Source: Protoeuglena noctilucae (Eukaryota). Taken from it: DNA of 64,000 bases. The notes below the pieces were generated by a model that saw only the letters and a list, made by a program, of their open reading frames with translations, searched no databases and was not told the origin of the DNA. A program made the position numbers and the translations under genes. Shown piece after piece: positions 50,801-62,085 of the stretch (the first letter of the stretch is position 1; each line of letters starts with the position of its first letter). The stretch is taken from positions 124,001 to 188,000 of the forward strand of contig OY253685.1 in NCBI GenBank assembly GCA_958009085.1, in the 5' to 3' direction.

Positions 50801-51817
50801 CCGAGGCGAGGTCGTACCCGCTGGGGTAATCGCCCATGTCGATCAGCTTCGGGATCACGTCCCCGCGCTCCTGCGCGCACGCACGGGGCCGTGGCTCAGG
50901 GCAGCGAGGGCTGAAAAGTACAGGCCACGTGCTGGCTGCCAGTGAGCAGAGCACGTACGCAGCTAGTCAGTGAGAGCAGTCACGTGTGCAGCTGAGTCCC
51001 TTCACCGACCCCATCACCCACAGACACCCTCTCGCCTTCAGCTGCTGGCACAGCTTCTGCGCAATCTCCTTGCTGAACCCATACTCCGTCCCGAACGCGA
51101 CGCAGACGGGGAGACCCTTGTCTGGCAGCCCCGCCAGCAACGGGTCCGATGGCCGCTGCCTCTCCGCTGCGTCCCCGCCCTGGGCCCCCGCCCCGGCGTC
51201 CTTCAAAAACGTCCCGAACGACTGCGGCAGGGCGGGGGGCGTGTCGACAGCGCTCGGTTACAGGCCGGTCACAGGTTGCACTTGCAGCCGCGCGTCGCCA
51301 CTCACGGTCGAGTCGTATTTCTTCTTCTTGGGGGCGTCCGGGAGCGGGAGCGGCTTGCGGAGGAAGCCCCCGAAGTCTTGCGGGTCCTGGAGATTCCCCT
51401 TGAAGGGATCGGAGGACGATGAGCGGCGGGGGGCGAGGGACCACAGCAACAGCAAGGCGCCGCCTGCAGGGGTCGGGGCCGCGGGGACATGGCCGGGCGC
51501 AGGGCGCGTGGGACGCGCGTGGCGCATGGTGCTTTTCCTGCTCAAGCGCGCGGGCCCCGGGCGCGGCGCGACGCGAGCCCTCGCGCGCGGTTCCGGCGGA
51601 GGCAGTGGCCCCACGTTCGGAAAGCGAGCTGCGCGCCGCGGGCGGGGCGCGCGGGGCTGCCGGCGCGCGCGCGGCTAGGAACGCGCGCGTTCCGCCGCTG
51701 CGCCGACGCGCTCCCTCTCGCACGGCCCAGGCGGCCCGCGATTGGCCACGCACCTGTTGCCACTGCTGTCCGTGTCCAACTCCACGAGCCGTCACGATCT
51801 CGCAGCAGCGACCGCAT
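47845..51817 (-). CDS. NADPH-dependent diflavin (FMN/FAD) oxidoreductase, CPR/CysJ family, with predicted N-terminal membrane anchor
   Basis: Flavodoxin motifs FGTEYGFSKEIA, STQGDG, LALGDRNYEHF. FAD/NADP motifs LQPRMYSISSS, GVCSTY, MVGPGTGLAPFRSF, LYFGCR, KVYVQD, YVCGDA, RYQRDVWF*. Intron 51464-51753 joins WSWTRTAVAT to GGALLLLWSL. Confidence 0.88.
49239..49325 (-). repeat. Coding 15-bp tandem repeat, six copies of xxNGH
   Basis: TNGHVANGHATNGHAANGHAANGHVANGH in the exon seen as ORF 49137-49346. Confidence 0.9.
50596..50630 (-). repeat. (CCTCA)n pentanucleotide repeat in the branch-point zone of an intron
   Basis: ggtga x6 on the + strand, 20-50 nt upstream of the 3' splice site at about 50575 of the - strand reductase gene. 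Confidence 0.85.
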
Positions 51818-52315
51818 GGCAGCGTCACAAATTGCCGGTCCGGAGGACGAGGCGATCTATCAGCGGGTCGCTCCCGTCCCTCGAGGCGGAGGAGGGCGGC
51901 GGGCTGCCCAGCTTCCTAAAATCAGAAAGTGCCTTCTTGGAAAGCTCTCTGAGTGATCCGTCGGTGCAACACTACAAGGGAGGACAAATGGGGGCGGAAT
52001 GCGCTGGAGACGGCGGATCATGATGGCAGCGCCACGCCAGTAATTGCGCTTGCGCTTCTGGACCTGAAAGCGCCGCATCCACGCCCCCTAGACAACGCGC
52101 AAAGCCTGAGGAATGACACCCCCGAAAGTGCACATCAGACAATCGCCGCTTGCATCTTACGGGCGGCTCATATTCCCGACTTCTCCCCATCCTTTGGCAT
52201 CCGAAGGACAGGTAACACCCACCGCCTGCGCACGATGATACCAAATCTGGCGCGTGACCTCGTTGGAGCCCCGGCCGGCGACCCTGGGCGCCGTCGGTGT
52301 GTGCTGCAGTGAGCG

Positions 52316-54815
52316 ATGGACGGGGCAATTCCTGCCGGCACCGGGGCGAGGAGTGGGGCGGGCCCAGAGGCGGAGTGGGCGATCGCGGAGGATGAAGTGG
52401 AGCTGGGCGCGTTGCTGGGGCGGGGCGGGCAGGGCGAGGTGTTCCGGGGCCGATGGAAGGGGCGTGACGGTGCCGTGGCGGTCAAGCGGCTGGACGCGGA
52501 CATGATCGGCATGGTGGAGGGGTCGGAAAAGGAGGCGCTGGAGCGGGGACGGGAGTAGCTGCGGCGGATCGCGGCGGCATGCCAGGGCTGCAAGCACCTG
52601 TGCCCGTGAGTGCGCGTGCAGCGGCTGTGACTGTCCGTGGGCGTGGCTAGTTCCGCGTGGGCCGGCTTGCTGACGCGTCGGGAGAGGCAGGGAGCGTCGG
52701 GCATTGCGCGTCAGTGCTGCTGTGGAGTGAGGTCTTCTTACCTCACTCGGCATGGCTGCCCTTGTGATATGCAGGGTGCTGGGCGTCTGATGCGAGGTGG
52801 ACAGTTGCACGTCGTCATGCCGCTGTACGAGAGGGGGTCGTTGGCGCGGCGGGTCGCGGAGCGTGGGGCGGGGCTGCGTGCGGAGGAGGTGGCGGTGCAG
52901 GTGCTGGGGGGTCTGGCGGAGCTGCACGAGCGCGGGGTGGTGCACCGGGACGTGAGGCCGGGGAACGTGCTGGTGGAGGAGGGGGGCGGGGCGGTGGTGG
53001 CGGACTACGGGCTGGCGACGGTGGCGGAGAGGATGGGGGCGCCGGTGAGAGAGCGTGCATGTGTGTGGGAGCATGGGTGTGGAACGGCGCATGTCAGTGA
53101 GCGCGCGGCTGACGGTTGTGTTTGCACATGTGACCCGCAGCCGAGCGGGCGGGGTGGCGCGGGGCGTGCGGGGGCGGGCAGCGCGCCGTACCTGCGCCCG
53201 AGGAGTGGGATTCGGAGCTGGGGGCGCCGACGGCGGCGTCGGACGCGTACGCGGCGGCGGCGACGCTGTGTTTCGCGGCTTTGGGGCAGGCGCTGTTCGG
53301 GGCGAAGAGCGTGCCGCAGATCATGGCGGACGTAGTGATGCTGGGGCGGTTCCCGGAGGTGCCGGCGTCGGTGCCGGAGCCGCTGCGGTCGGCGGTGCGG
53401 GGGGCACTGGTCAAGCACCCGGTGAGCGGACGGGGGTGGCGGACATGCTGCGGGCGGCGAGGGAGAGCCGGTGAGGGGCGGGCGGGGAGCGTGGTGGCTC
53501 GGTGTTGTTGTTGGTGTGGCACGTGGGCAGGTGCAGCAAGGTAGTGGCGCACCTTCGTGATGTGGCTGTGTGCAGGGATGGACTGGCGGGCGTGGCGAGG
53601 GTGCAGCGGGGGCTGGCGGCCGTGAGCATGGCGGAGGAGTGGACGGAGGGGTGGTGGGTGGCGCTGGTGTGCGTGCTGGGACAGCCGAGCGAGGTGCGGC
53701 GGAGGGCGGCGTGGGAGGCGGTGGCGGGGACGGCGGTGACGGGGGCCGCGAGGCTGGAGTGGGCGGAGGTGGAGGCGAGGGTGCGGGCGGTGGAGACGAG
53801 GCTGGTGGGGTCAGCAGGGGCGTTGGGCGCAGGCGGGGCTGTGAGAGTGTGGACGGAGGAAGAGGTGGTGGAGACCGCGGCGAGGGGCGGAGAGGTGGAC
53901 CTGGGGGGAATGGAAGTCGAGCTGACACGCGTGGTGGTGGTGAAGGGCGTAAACAAGGCGGCGACGATCCGCAATGGGACGCTGCGGGTGTCGACCGTGA
54001 ACGCTGAGATGGGGAATGGGCTTGCTCTGGTGGTCGAAAACGGTGGCGGGCTGCGTCTGGAGTGCATGCGGGTGGTGGGGACCGGGGTGTCGTGCAAGGG
54101 GGGGGGGCGAGTGACGCTGGTGGACACGCACCTGACGGACGCACCTATGTTGGGCGTGGCATCTGTGAACGCTGGAAGCAAGGTGGTGGTGCATCGAGGG
54201 TGCATAGCAGGGGCCATGAAGTATCACGGGGTGTTCTGCGGGAAAGGCGGGCAGGTGGAGCTGGTGGACGTGGAGATCGCCGACTGCAAGAACTCTGGTG
54301 TGGTCAGCGTTGGCCAGGGCAGCAAGGTGGTCATGCAGGGGGGCCGCATCACGGGGTCCAAGGAGGAACACGGGGTGGGGTGCCAAGAGGGCGGGCAGGT
54401 GGAGTTGCGGGGCGTGGAGGTCGCCGATTGCAAGGGATGTGGCGTGGTCAGCCTCGGGCAGGGCAGCAAGGTGGTCATGCGGGGGGGCTGCATTACGGGG
54501 TCCAAGGAGGAACACGGGGTGGGGTGCAAAATGGGGGGATATGTGGAGCTGCGGGATGTGGAGGTAGCCGACTGCAAGATGAGTGGCGTAATCAGCCAAA
54601 GCCAGGGCAGCAAGGCGGTCATGCAGGGGGGCTGCATCACGGGGTGTAAGGAGGGTTTTGGGCTCGGCTGCCGTGAAGGCGGGCATGCGGAGGTGCGGGA
54701 TGTGGTTATTCGTGACTGCAACCGTCACGGCCTGTACTGCGACAGTGTCAGCACCCTCCGTCACAGCGGGTGCACCGTGTCGGGGTGTGGGTTGGGGTCC
54801 CAGGACGGCTGCTGA
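52316..54815 (+). pseudogene. Ser/Thr kinase (TKL-like) fused to a right-handed beta-helix repeat domain; disrupted (pseudogene or assembly errors)
   Basis: LGRGGQGEVFRGRW, VAVK, HRDVRPGN, DYGLA, (A)PE, SDAY motifs. In-frame TAG at 52556-52558 and apparent 1-nt deletions at about 52789, 53194 and 53420. The last exon, 53576-54815, is open. Confidence 0.8.
54174..54750 (+). repeat. Coding 144-bp (48-aa) tandem repeat, about 4 copies, parallel beta-helix type
   Basis: cagggcagcaagg recurs at 54315, 54459 and 54603. Unit: GSKVVMQGGxITGSKEEHGVGCxxGGxVELRxVEVADCKxxGVVSxGQ. Confidence 0.92.
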
Positions 54816-55925
54816 GGGGGGTCACTACGGGGCGCGTGCATGGAGGTGACCTCCATGAGGCTGGCGTGGTCTTGTCGAGCATCACGCCATCCATGCCGGT
54901 GGGCACAGGCGTTGAGAGATGCTGCGATGGTTGCCTAGGGAGCCATGCTTGCCGCTAGTTTGATCGTCATGAGCGCCATCTTGGTGTGTGAAGGTGCATG
55001 GAGAGGGGCAGAGAGGCATCGGCTTGGTCAGTTTGGAGGGGCGAGTGCCACGTTGATGGTCTGCATGCTTGCGTGCCGGTGCATGGGGCAACGCGCGCGT
55101 GGATGGTTGGGGCAGGCGCAGGCAAATTGGGCGAGGGTTGAAGTCACGTGAGATGGCTACATAACCCAGCAGCGCGGAGGCCTGCGCGGTCGGGGGTCCT
55201 CTGCAGCACATCCGGGAGACCAGAGTGGGCCGGACACAGTGCACCGCTCCGCATCGTCGGCCGACCCCTTGGCGGCGAGCGATGACTGGCCAGGCCGGCC
55301 CGCACCGCCCGGCCCTTGCAACGTGCCATGCGCATGGGTGGCGAGGACGGGAGGTGCTGGGCAAGTGATGGTTTCGTCAGATCGCGTGGTCACCACCAGG
55401 CTCGCTGTATGATGCTGCGGACCGTGCGACAGGACCGAATTGATGGTCCGCGCATCGCCTGGCACCAGCAGGCTGACTGGCGTGTAGGGATCGACACGGA
55501 CTTTCAGCCGCTGTTAACTTGGACCGGCATGATAATGTGCCCTCTTTCTGCGGCTCACGCCATGACTAGCGACAGCCCCTTGCCCCGCTAGCTATGGGCA
55601 TGAGCGGGGGCAACGGCCATTGACACGCTGCGACGAGGCTCTCTTCGAGTGGCCTGTATCATGTCCAAGATAATGGTGAGAAGAATGAGCCGGGATAGTC
55701 GTTCCGGCGTTTCCCATTTCCTGGAACGGGCACGCATGTTTGCCGCTGGCTTTGGGCGCGCAACTCGGAAAGCGCTTCCATGGATCGCGCTGTGCCGCGC
55801 CGAGACCGGGTTTATTATCGGAGGGTGCAACCGTCACGCTTGATTCCGCGAAGACGGCCTGGAGTGGCGCAGAAGGGGCCCCATGCTGTGACTGCGCTCC
55901 GCCGCAGGGGGAGCGACGCGCGGAA

Positions 55926-58900
55926 ATGCCGCCGCGCCCGTCCACCGACACTAACGAGAGGGTGGCGAATCGAGCGCAGCCGCCGGCGGGCGCCGAGTTG
56001 ATGCGCTCCCGCGCTCAGCCCTTTGGGTGCCGGTACGCTGAGCTCGTCCGCCGCGTGCAGGCGACGATCCCAGGTGCGGTGGGCGTGGTCATCGCGTGCT
56101 GTGATTTTTTGCCTTCGGCCCAGCCGCGGCCGCCGTTTGCATGCCTGCGAGTCGTTGAAACCCAATCACGTCCGGCGCAGAGCCCTCGCTCGCGGAGATC
56201 GCCGCGCATCTGCACGCCCTCGCATTGCTGCTCCCGGAGGAGGCATGGTTGACACCCGCATGCAGCGATCCCCAGATGCCCACGTGGCGTGGCCCCGGCG
56301 CGACATTCTTCGGCACGCCGCTCGTGGGCGCGCCCCTGTCCGCGTTCGGAGATCGTATGCCCGCCGCGTGCCCCCGGCACGTCTGGCAGCTCACTCTTCA
56401 CCTCAGGTAATGGTCGGCGGCCGCAGCGGGCGCCCTTTGCCCTGTGTGCGCCGTCGCGGTCTGCAGCATTGCGCTCGCGCCTTTCTGGCCCCGCGCGAAT
56501 CCCGCGCGCCGCTCCCCGCCCGCAGCGAGGCAAGCAAATCTTCTTTATCCCTAGCATCCGTCGCCGGCTCCCTCGAGTGGATCGAGGCCTGCATTTGCAG
56601 CGATTACTTGTCGTGGGAGTGGGCCTACGGTGCCCGCCGGCGCTTCCTCGCCCGCTTGGCGCAGGCCGCGGGGCCTAGGGAGATTCGCCGTGCGCTCCTG
56701 CAGCTGCTGATGCAGGGCCTGGACGTGGACAAGCTCGCGTCGCTGGTGGGCGGGCGGCCAAAGCAGCGACGCTGGGCTCCATTTTGTTCGCGCTCACGCC
56801 GCGGCGACCGGCTCCCCCTCCCTTGCGGCGCAGGAGGCAGCGGTGCGGCAGCCCTGGGCGGCAGCGTCGCTTGCGACGCCCTACGGCCGGCTGTCGTGGT
56901 CGGAGCGGTGGTACCGAGCCGGCATGTGGCTCATTTGGGTGGCCGAGACGACCAGCTGGCTCTGCGTGGCCACGCAGCAGCCGCAGGCGAGGGGCTGGGT
57001 GGTTTGGCACTCTGTGATGCACAGTGACTCCATGCATGGGCCACAGCACAGTCTGTGCGCGCCACGCATGGCAATGGCAGTGCACTCTGCCACCTCCGCC
57101 CCCTCGCGCGTCCCTGCCCACCCGGTTCCCTGTCATTCCCGTCCCGCAGTGGTGGCAGGCGTGGAAGTCGGCGATCGAGTCATCCACGGCCACCCACGAC
57201 CTGGCCGGCCTGAAGCGGTGCGTGCGTGACCTGGCCCACGAGTGCCGCCACGTCATGGACGACAGGCGAGTGGTCGACGAGGGCCACGCTGCCACGGTGT
57301 CTTGTTGCGAAGTGCTGGCGCACCAAGACATGGTCACGTACCACGCTGCCACGGTGCATGATGACGATGGGATCGGGTGCCATGACATGATAGCGCACCG
57401 TACCGTCACAAATCGTGCTCTCTTGAGACAAAAGACGCCTCAGTACAGGCAGTTCCATTGCCGCTGTTACTCAACTCATGCCCTCTGCGACTGCAGTTGG
57501 GCGGCGGTGGAGCCCCGGTGGACGCAGGCGCTGTCGGAGTGCCAGGGGCCCATCAGGCGAGGGGCGGGGACAGATATGGATTGCAATGAGAACTGGCTTG
57601 TTTGTCATTCATCACCACGCAGCCTGCATATTGCGCTACGCACCCCACATCTCACCTTTCATGTCACCTCCGCCGCTCACCCCACCAACCACCCACCGCT
57701 CCCCCAGGCTGGGCCACTTGGTCAAGAAGCTCTTCGCCCACAAGATCCCCGCATCTTCGTCCTCCTCCTCCTCCCCGTCTGAATCCGACGACTCTGACAG
57801 CGACGACGAGAGCGGGAGCGGGAGCGAGAGCGACCGGGACCAGGCGGGGTCAGAGGGGACGCCATCGGTGTCCGTGGAGCCGTCCGAGGCTGCGAGGTGG
57901 GAGGAGCTGGACAGCACGGCGCCTGTGGAGCACCACGGAGCGCTGCGTGGTGCGGCGGGGTCACTGGGGGGCTCCAATGCGCAGTCGGGGTCGTCGAGTC
58001 CAAGAGAGGCCAAGCGGCGGGGAGCAGGGGCGCAGGCGCGGGGTAGCAAGCAAAGACGGGGCCCGCCGGGGCGCGGGGCGGGGTCTGGGGCGTCCGGGTC
58101 GGGTGCGGGTGCGGGGGCGGGGGCGGGCGAGGGGTTCCGTGCGGGAGCGGAGGGGACCGAGGGCGACAGCGGGACGACGGATGAGCGGGAGTGGGCGCGG
58201 GGGCGGGGCGGGTCGCCGCGGCGGTGGGTGGACGGGGCGTTTGCGGTGGCGCCCGGTCCAAAGAGGCGCGGCAGTGGCAGCGGTACCCAAGGGGGCGGGG
58301 TGAAGCGGGGCCGGGGTGGGGGGGAGGGGCGGGGGGCCGGGGAGGGTCGCAAGCGCGTGCGGGGGGTGCGGAGGGGTGGTGGCGGGGCGGGGCAGGAAGG
58401 GGCGCGGAAGGGGCGGCAGGAATGGGACGCAGGGTGGTGGCTCGATGGGCTGGTGCCGGAGCGGCCTGACAGGTGCGTGGGTGCTTGAGAGGGCACACGC
58501 TTACAGCCTCACTGCCACCTCCAGCGCCACCCCCACTGCCACCCTCACCCTTGCCATCTCACCGCAGTGACGACGAGGTCGATGACCCCTCGGAGCCCTG
58601 GGCCCGCGAAGACCCCGCGGACCTCATCGCCACCCCAAAACATGAGTCAATGCACCCATCCCTGCCACAGCACCCATCCCAGCGCCCCTCGTCCCTCACT
58701 GCGTCGCCCGCCAATGGTCGTGCGGACAGTCGATTAGACGATCAATGCCAACCCCAGTCCGACTGCCTCCCCACGGCCTTCTACCTCTGGCAGCCCGGGG
58801 TGGAGGCGTCCGTGTCCGTGACGCACCCTAAGGCCGGGTTCGAGTCGTATGTGGTGATGGGGGAGGCCGTGGGGAAGGCGGTGGCCAAGGCGGCAAATGA

Positions 58901-61782
58901 GGCGCTGTTGGGGCTGAGGAGATCGAGGGTGAGTGGGGTGGGAGTGGCAGTGTGAGGGTGTAAGGATGAGGGTGAGCGAGTGAGTTTGTACGTGACCTAT
59001 CAATAGTCAACAGTCATTGACGTCAGTCCTCGCTTCGGATGTGCCTGCACTCTCATAATACCCCACTCACTACTCCCATCTATCGACATCTACAGCTCCC
59101 CCTCGTCGCCCCAGTTGAGCTACGCACCCCACGGCCTGCTCTACACCCCTGAGCCCTCGGACCCATTCACGGCGTCGCTGGTGGCGCAGCTGCTGGAGAA
59201 GGAAATCCAGGCGCCGAGGAGGGTCACGGCTGATGCGGCCGCGAGGGGCGGGCGGGGCGGCGCGCGGTGAGGGGTGGGGTAGCATGAGGGGTGGGGTGGG
59301 CCACTGTGCGGGAAGTGCTGTGACATCAGTGGCGGGAGGTCTGATGTGATGTGGATACGAGAACTGTCACAACGAGTGCTAGTGCTGAGTGCAGTGACAG
59401 CAACAGGTAGAGTAACTGATTGCAAACGTGGCCTTTTTCTGTGGTCAATCAATCAGTCATGTCTCTTGTCGCCTCAGTCGCGGCTGGCCCAATGCCGAGG
59501 ATCTGGCCAGGCACAGGCGGGGTTGCGAAAGAGATGGTGATGACGGGCGGTGGGAGGGGGCGTGTGAGGGGGCGAGTGGCAGCGACGGAGGGGAGGGGTG
59601 CGAGGGGTGCGAGGGTTGTGAGTGGTGCGGGGGTGACAACTGGGCAAAGGGGGGATCGTGGAGGGGCGAGCCGGGCGTGGAGCAGGGCGTGAGCTCGATA
59701 TGGTGAGAGGAGACTGGTCGGTGGGGGTGGTTATGGGTTCGATCCTCACGGGTCCCCTGCTGTGACATTGCATTATCAGCTGATATTGCTTTATCCTCCT
59801 CTCCCCCGCAGCGTCGTGGTCGACTGCGTGGCAGAGGACGGACCGGAGGCCACCTCTCGCGACATGGGACACACAGCCACAGCCACTGCCACTGCAAACA
59901 CTGCCACCACTAACACTGCCAAGGCCACTGCCACCGCCAACGCTGCCACCGCGATTGTTACTGCAAACACAGCCACTCCCACCAACCCCGCCACCCTTGC
60001 CACCCCCCCTCCCATCCAAGGCTACCTCCGCACCGTCGCCCGCCCCCGCCTTCTGATCGACGACCGCGTGCCCCCCAGCCGACGCCTCCCTCGCCTCTCC
60101 GACCCCCTCGGCGACTTCGAGTGTTTCTGCACCCCCAACTCCGTCATTGGGCAGAGACTGTTCAACGCCTACCGTCGCGCGAGGGGGGTGGCAGATGCGC
60201 CCACCGCCTCGGCCCCGTGCCTCTGGGCGGCCGTGGCGATGCTCGGGGGCTTCATCCCCTGGCGGCTGAGGGTGGAGAGGGTGCCGGGGAAGGGGCTGGG
60301 GTGCGTGGCGAGGTGAGGGGCGGGAGCGGGGGTGGGTGGGGGTGTGGGCGAGGAGGAGTGGTGTGTGAGATGGCATCACGCGGGCTTACCCCGTAAGAGC
60401 AGGTAGCAGGTAGCAATCAAGCAAGCGTCGACAAATTCATAGCGATTCTTATCTGCATCGCAGGGAGTTGATCCCTGAGGGGTCGATTGTGGTGGAGTAT
60501 GTGGGGGAGCTGGTGACGGAATCAGGGGCGCATCTGCGGCAGCACGGGTGGGGGAAGAGGTGAGGGATGCGGGGGTGGGGAGTGGGGCTATTACTCGTCT
60601 CTCTCTCTTGTCTGTCTCAACCCATCTCCCCCACCATCTCTCTCACCTCTCACCCATCTCGCCCACCCATCTCCCTCACCGTCCCATCCTGACCCCCCGT
60701 CCCTCCGCTCCCCCCAGGGGCAACGGCAACCGCCGCTTAGACCACTCCAACCACTTCACCCTCCAGATCCGCAAGATGGGCACCAAGATCCCCAAATGCT
60801 TCGTGCTGCACGACGTCAAGTGCCGCGCCGTGACCGACCCCACCGTGCGGGGGAACGTGGCAAGGCTCATCAACCACAGGCGAGACGTGGCTAGCATAGT
60901 TATTGCTAGTAACTAGGCTTTGTAAGTAACTAGGCTCATCAACCACACAGGTACAAGCAACCCCAGCCCACGCCTCCGTCCCCGCACCACTCATTCTCCC
61001 ACCCCATGTCACCCCGCAGTCAGTCAACAGACCCTACGCCTAAGCTATGTACCCTCAAAATACGCAGTTCCATCATCTCCCCCGCAGCTGCGACGGTGGC
61101 AACCTGGAGGTCTGCGAGCTCGGCCCCTGTCAGCGTGCTTTGGCTTCCCTCACCCAGCTCAAGCCCCCCACATGGCTGTGGCGGTCGGGGTGCCACGGCT
61201 GGGCGCCCCCGGACCCCTCGGGAGCGATGGGCGGTGAGGGGGCAAGGAGCAGCGGTGGGGGTTGAGATGAGGGGTGCATGGTGGGGTTGCAATGGGTGCA
61301 GTGGGGGTGAATCACTGCTGTAAGTTGTATATCTTAGACTCTGTATAAGATATGAAGTCACTCACTGCCCTTTCATCTCCCCCCAGACCGCCGCCTTCTT
61401 TGGGAGGACGCCCCCCGGCCGAGCTGGCTGGGTCAGTGGCTGCCCCGATTGGTGCTGATGGCCAAACGTGACATCTACCCGGGAGAGGAGCTCACGTATG
61501 ACTACAACATGTTCGGGGACCGGGAGAACCGGTGAGCAGAGACGGGGGCGATGGACGTGGTTCGCAAGTCACAAACATGAGCATCTGCGTGGGATGGGTT
61601 GTGCAACCGATCTCTTGCGCTGAGCCACCGGCTGCGCGGTTGGCTGCGATGCATGGCATTGCAAGTGAGCGAGTGAGCTCTTTGACTTGCACATGTGGCT
61701 GCGTGTCTCTTGCACCTGCAGGGGTGCGTACTTCAAGCGGTGCCTGTGCCGGTCCGCCAAGTGCCAGCAGACCATCGCATGA
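55926..61782 (+). CDS. SET-domain lysine methyltransferase with post-SET cysteines and N-terminal Trp-rich helical (WHIM/WSD-like) modules
   Basis: GKGLGCVAR/ELIPEGSIVVEYVGELV, GNVARLINH/SCDGGN, KRDIYPGEELTYDY, CLCRSAKC. Linkage of the N-terminal exons to the SET exons is inferred from orientation and splice sites. Confidence 0.8.
59868..60010 (+). repeat. Coding Ala/Thr low-complexity tract (gccact-type repeats)
   Basis: TATATATANTATTNTAKATATANAATAIVTANTATPTNPATLAT in ORF 59762-60316. Confidence 0.8.
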
Positions 61783-62085
61783 GTCGCCCAGGCAGTGACT
61801 GAGCTGTCAGCTTGCGGCTAAGTAGCCAGATTGTTGTACAAGAGTCAGCTTGTGGCTGACCGAGCCGTCGACCGAGCCATCGGGACGACGTTGCCGCGTC
61901 GTGTCAAACTCGCGCCCATGTTCATGCAGTAGCATGCATACAGAATTGTCCACTGAAGCTACTACGCGCGTGCGTGAATGAAGGATCACCTAAAGCAAAA
62001 GCCACAAGACCACGATGTTGTACTCCGACACTGGCGGTGCTGACACTGTCATGTGCAAGTGTAGGAGACCTCAACCCAACCTTCA

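Noticed and set aside
52556..52558. In-frame TAG read as stop-codon reassignment (TAR=Gln, as in some ulvophytes) or programmed readthrough
   Set aside because: TAG or TAA terminate conserved genes here (Cyp-SYF2, NAF1, HDAC, DENR, reductase). I saw no internal TAR in conserved exons, and the same gene also has three frameshifts.
54174..54750. Regular repeats as a CRISPR array
   Set aside because: They are contiguous, in-frame 144-bp coding repeats with no unique spacers and no cas genes, in a eukaryotic context.
57284..57356. 16-bp direct repeat ccacgctgccacggtg as another exon-end echo or a target-site duplication
   Set aside because: Both copies lie inside intron 57266-57496 and the 41 bp between them shows no element features.
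59868..60010. Ala/Thr tract as an antifreeze-like protein
   Set aside because: It is a short, irregular low-complexity linker inside a SET protein exon, with no signal peptide.
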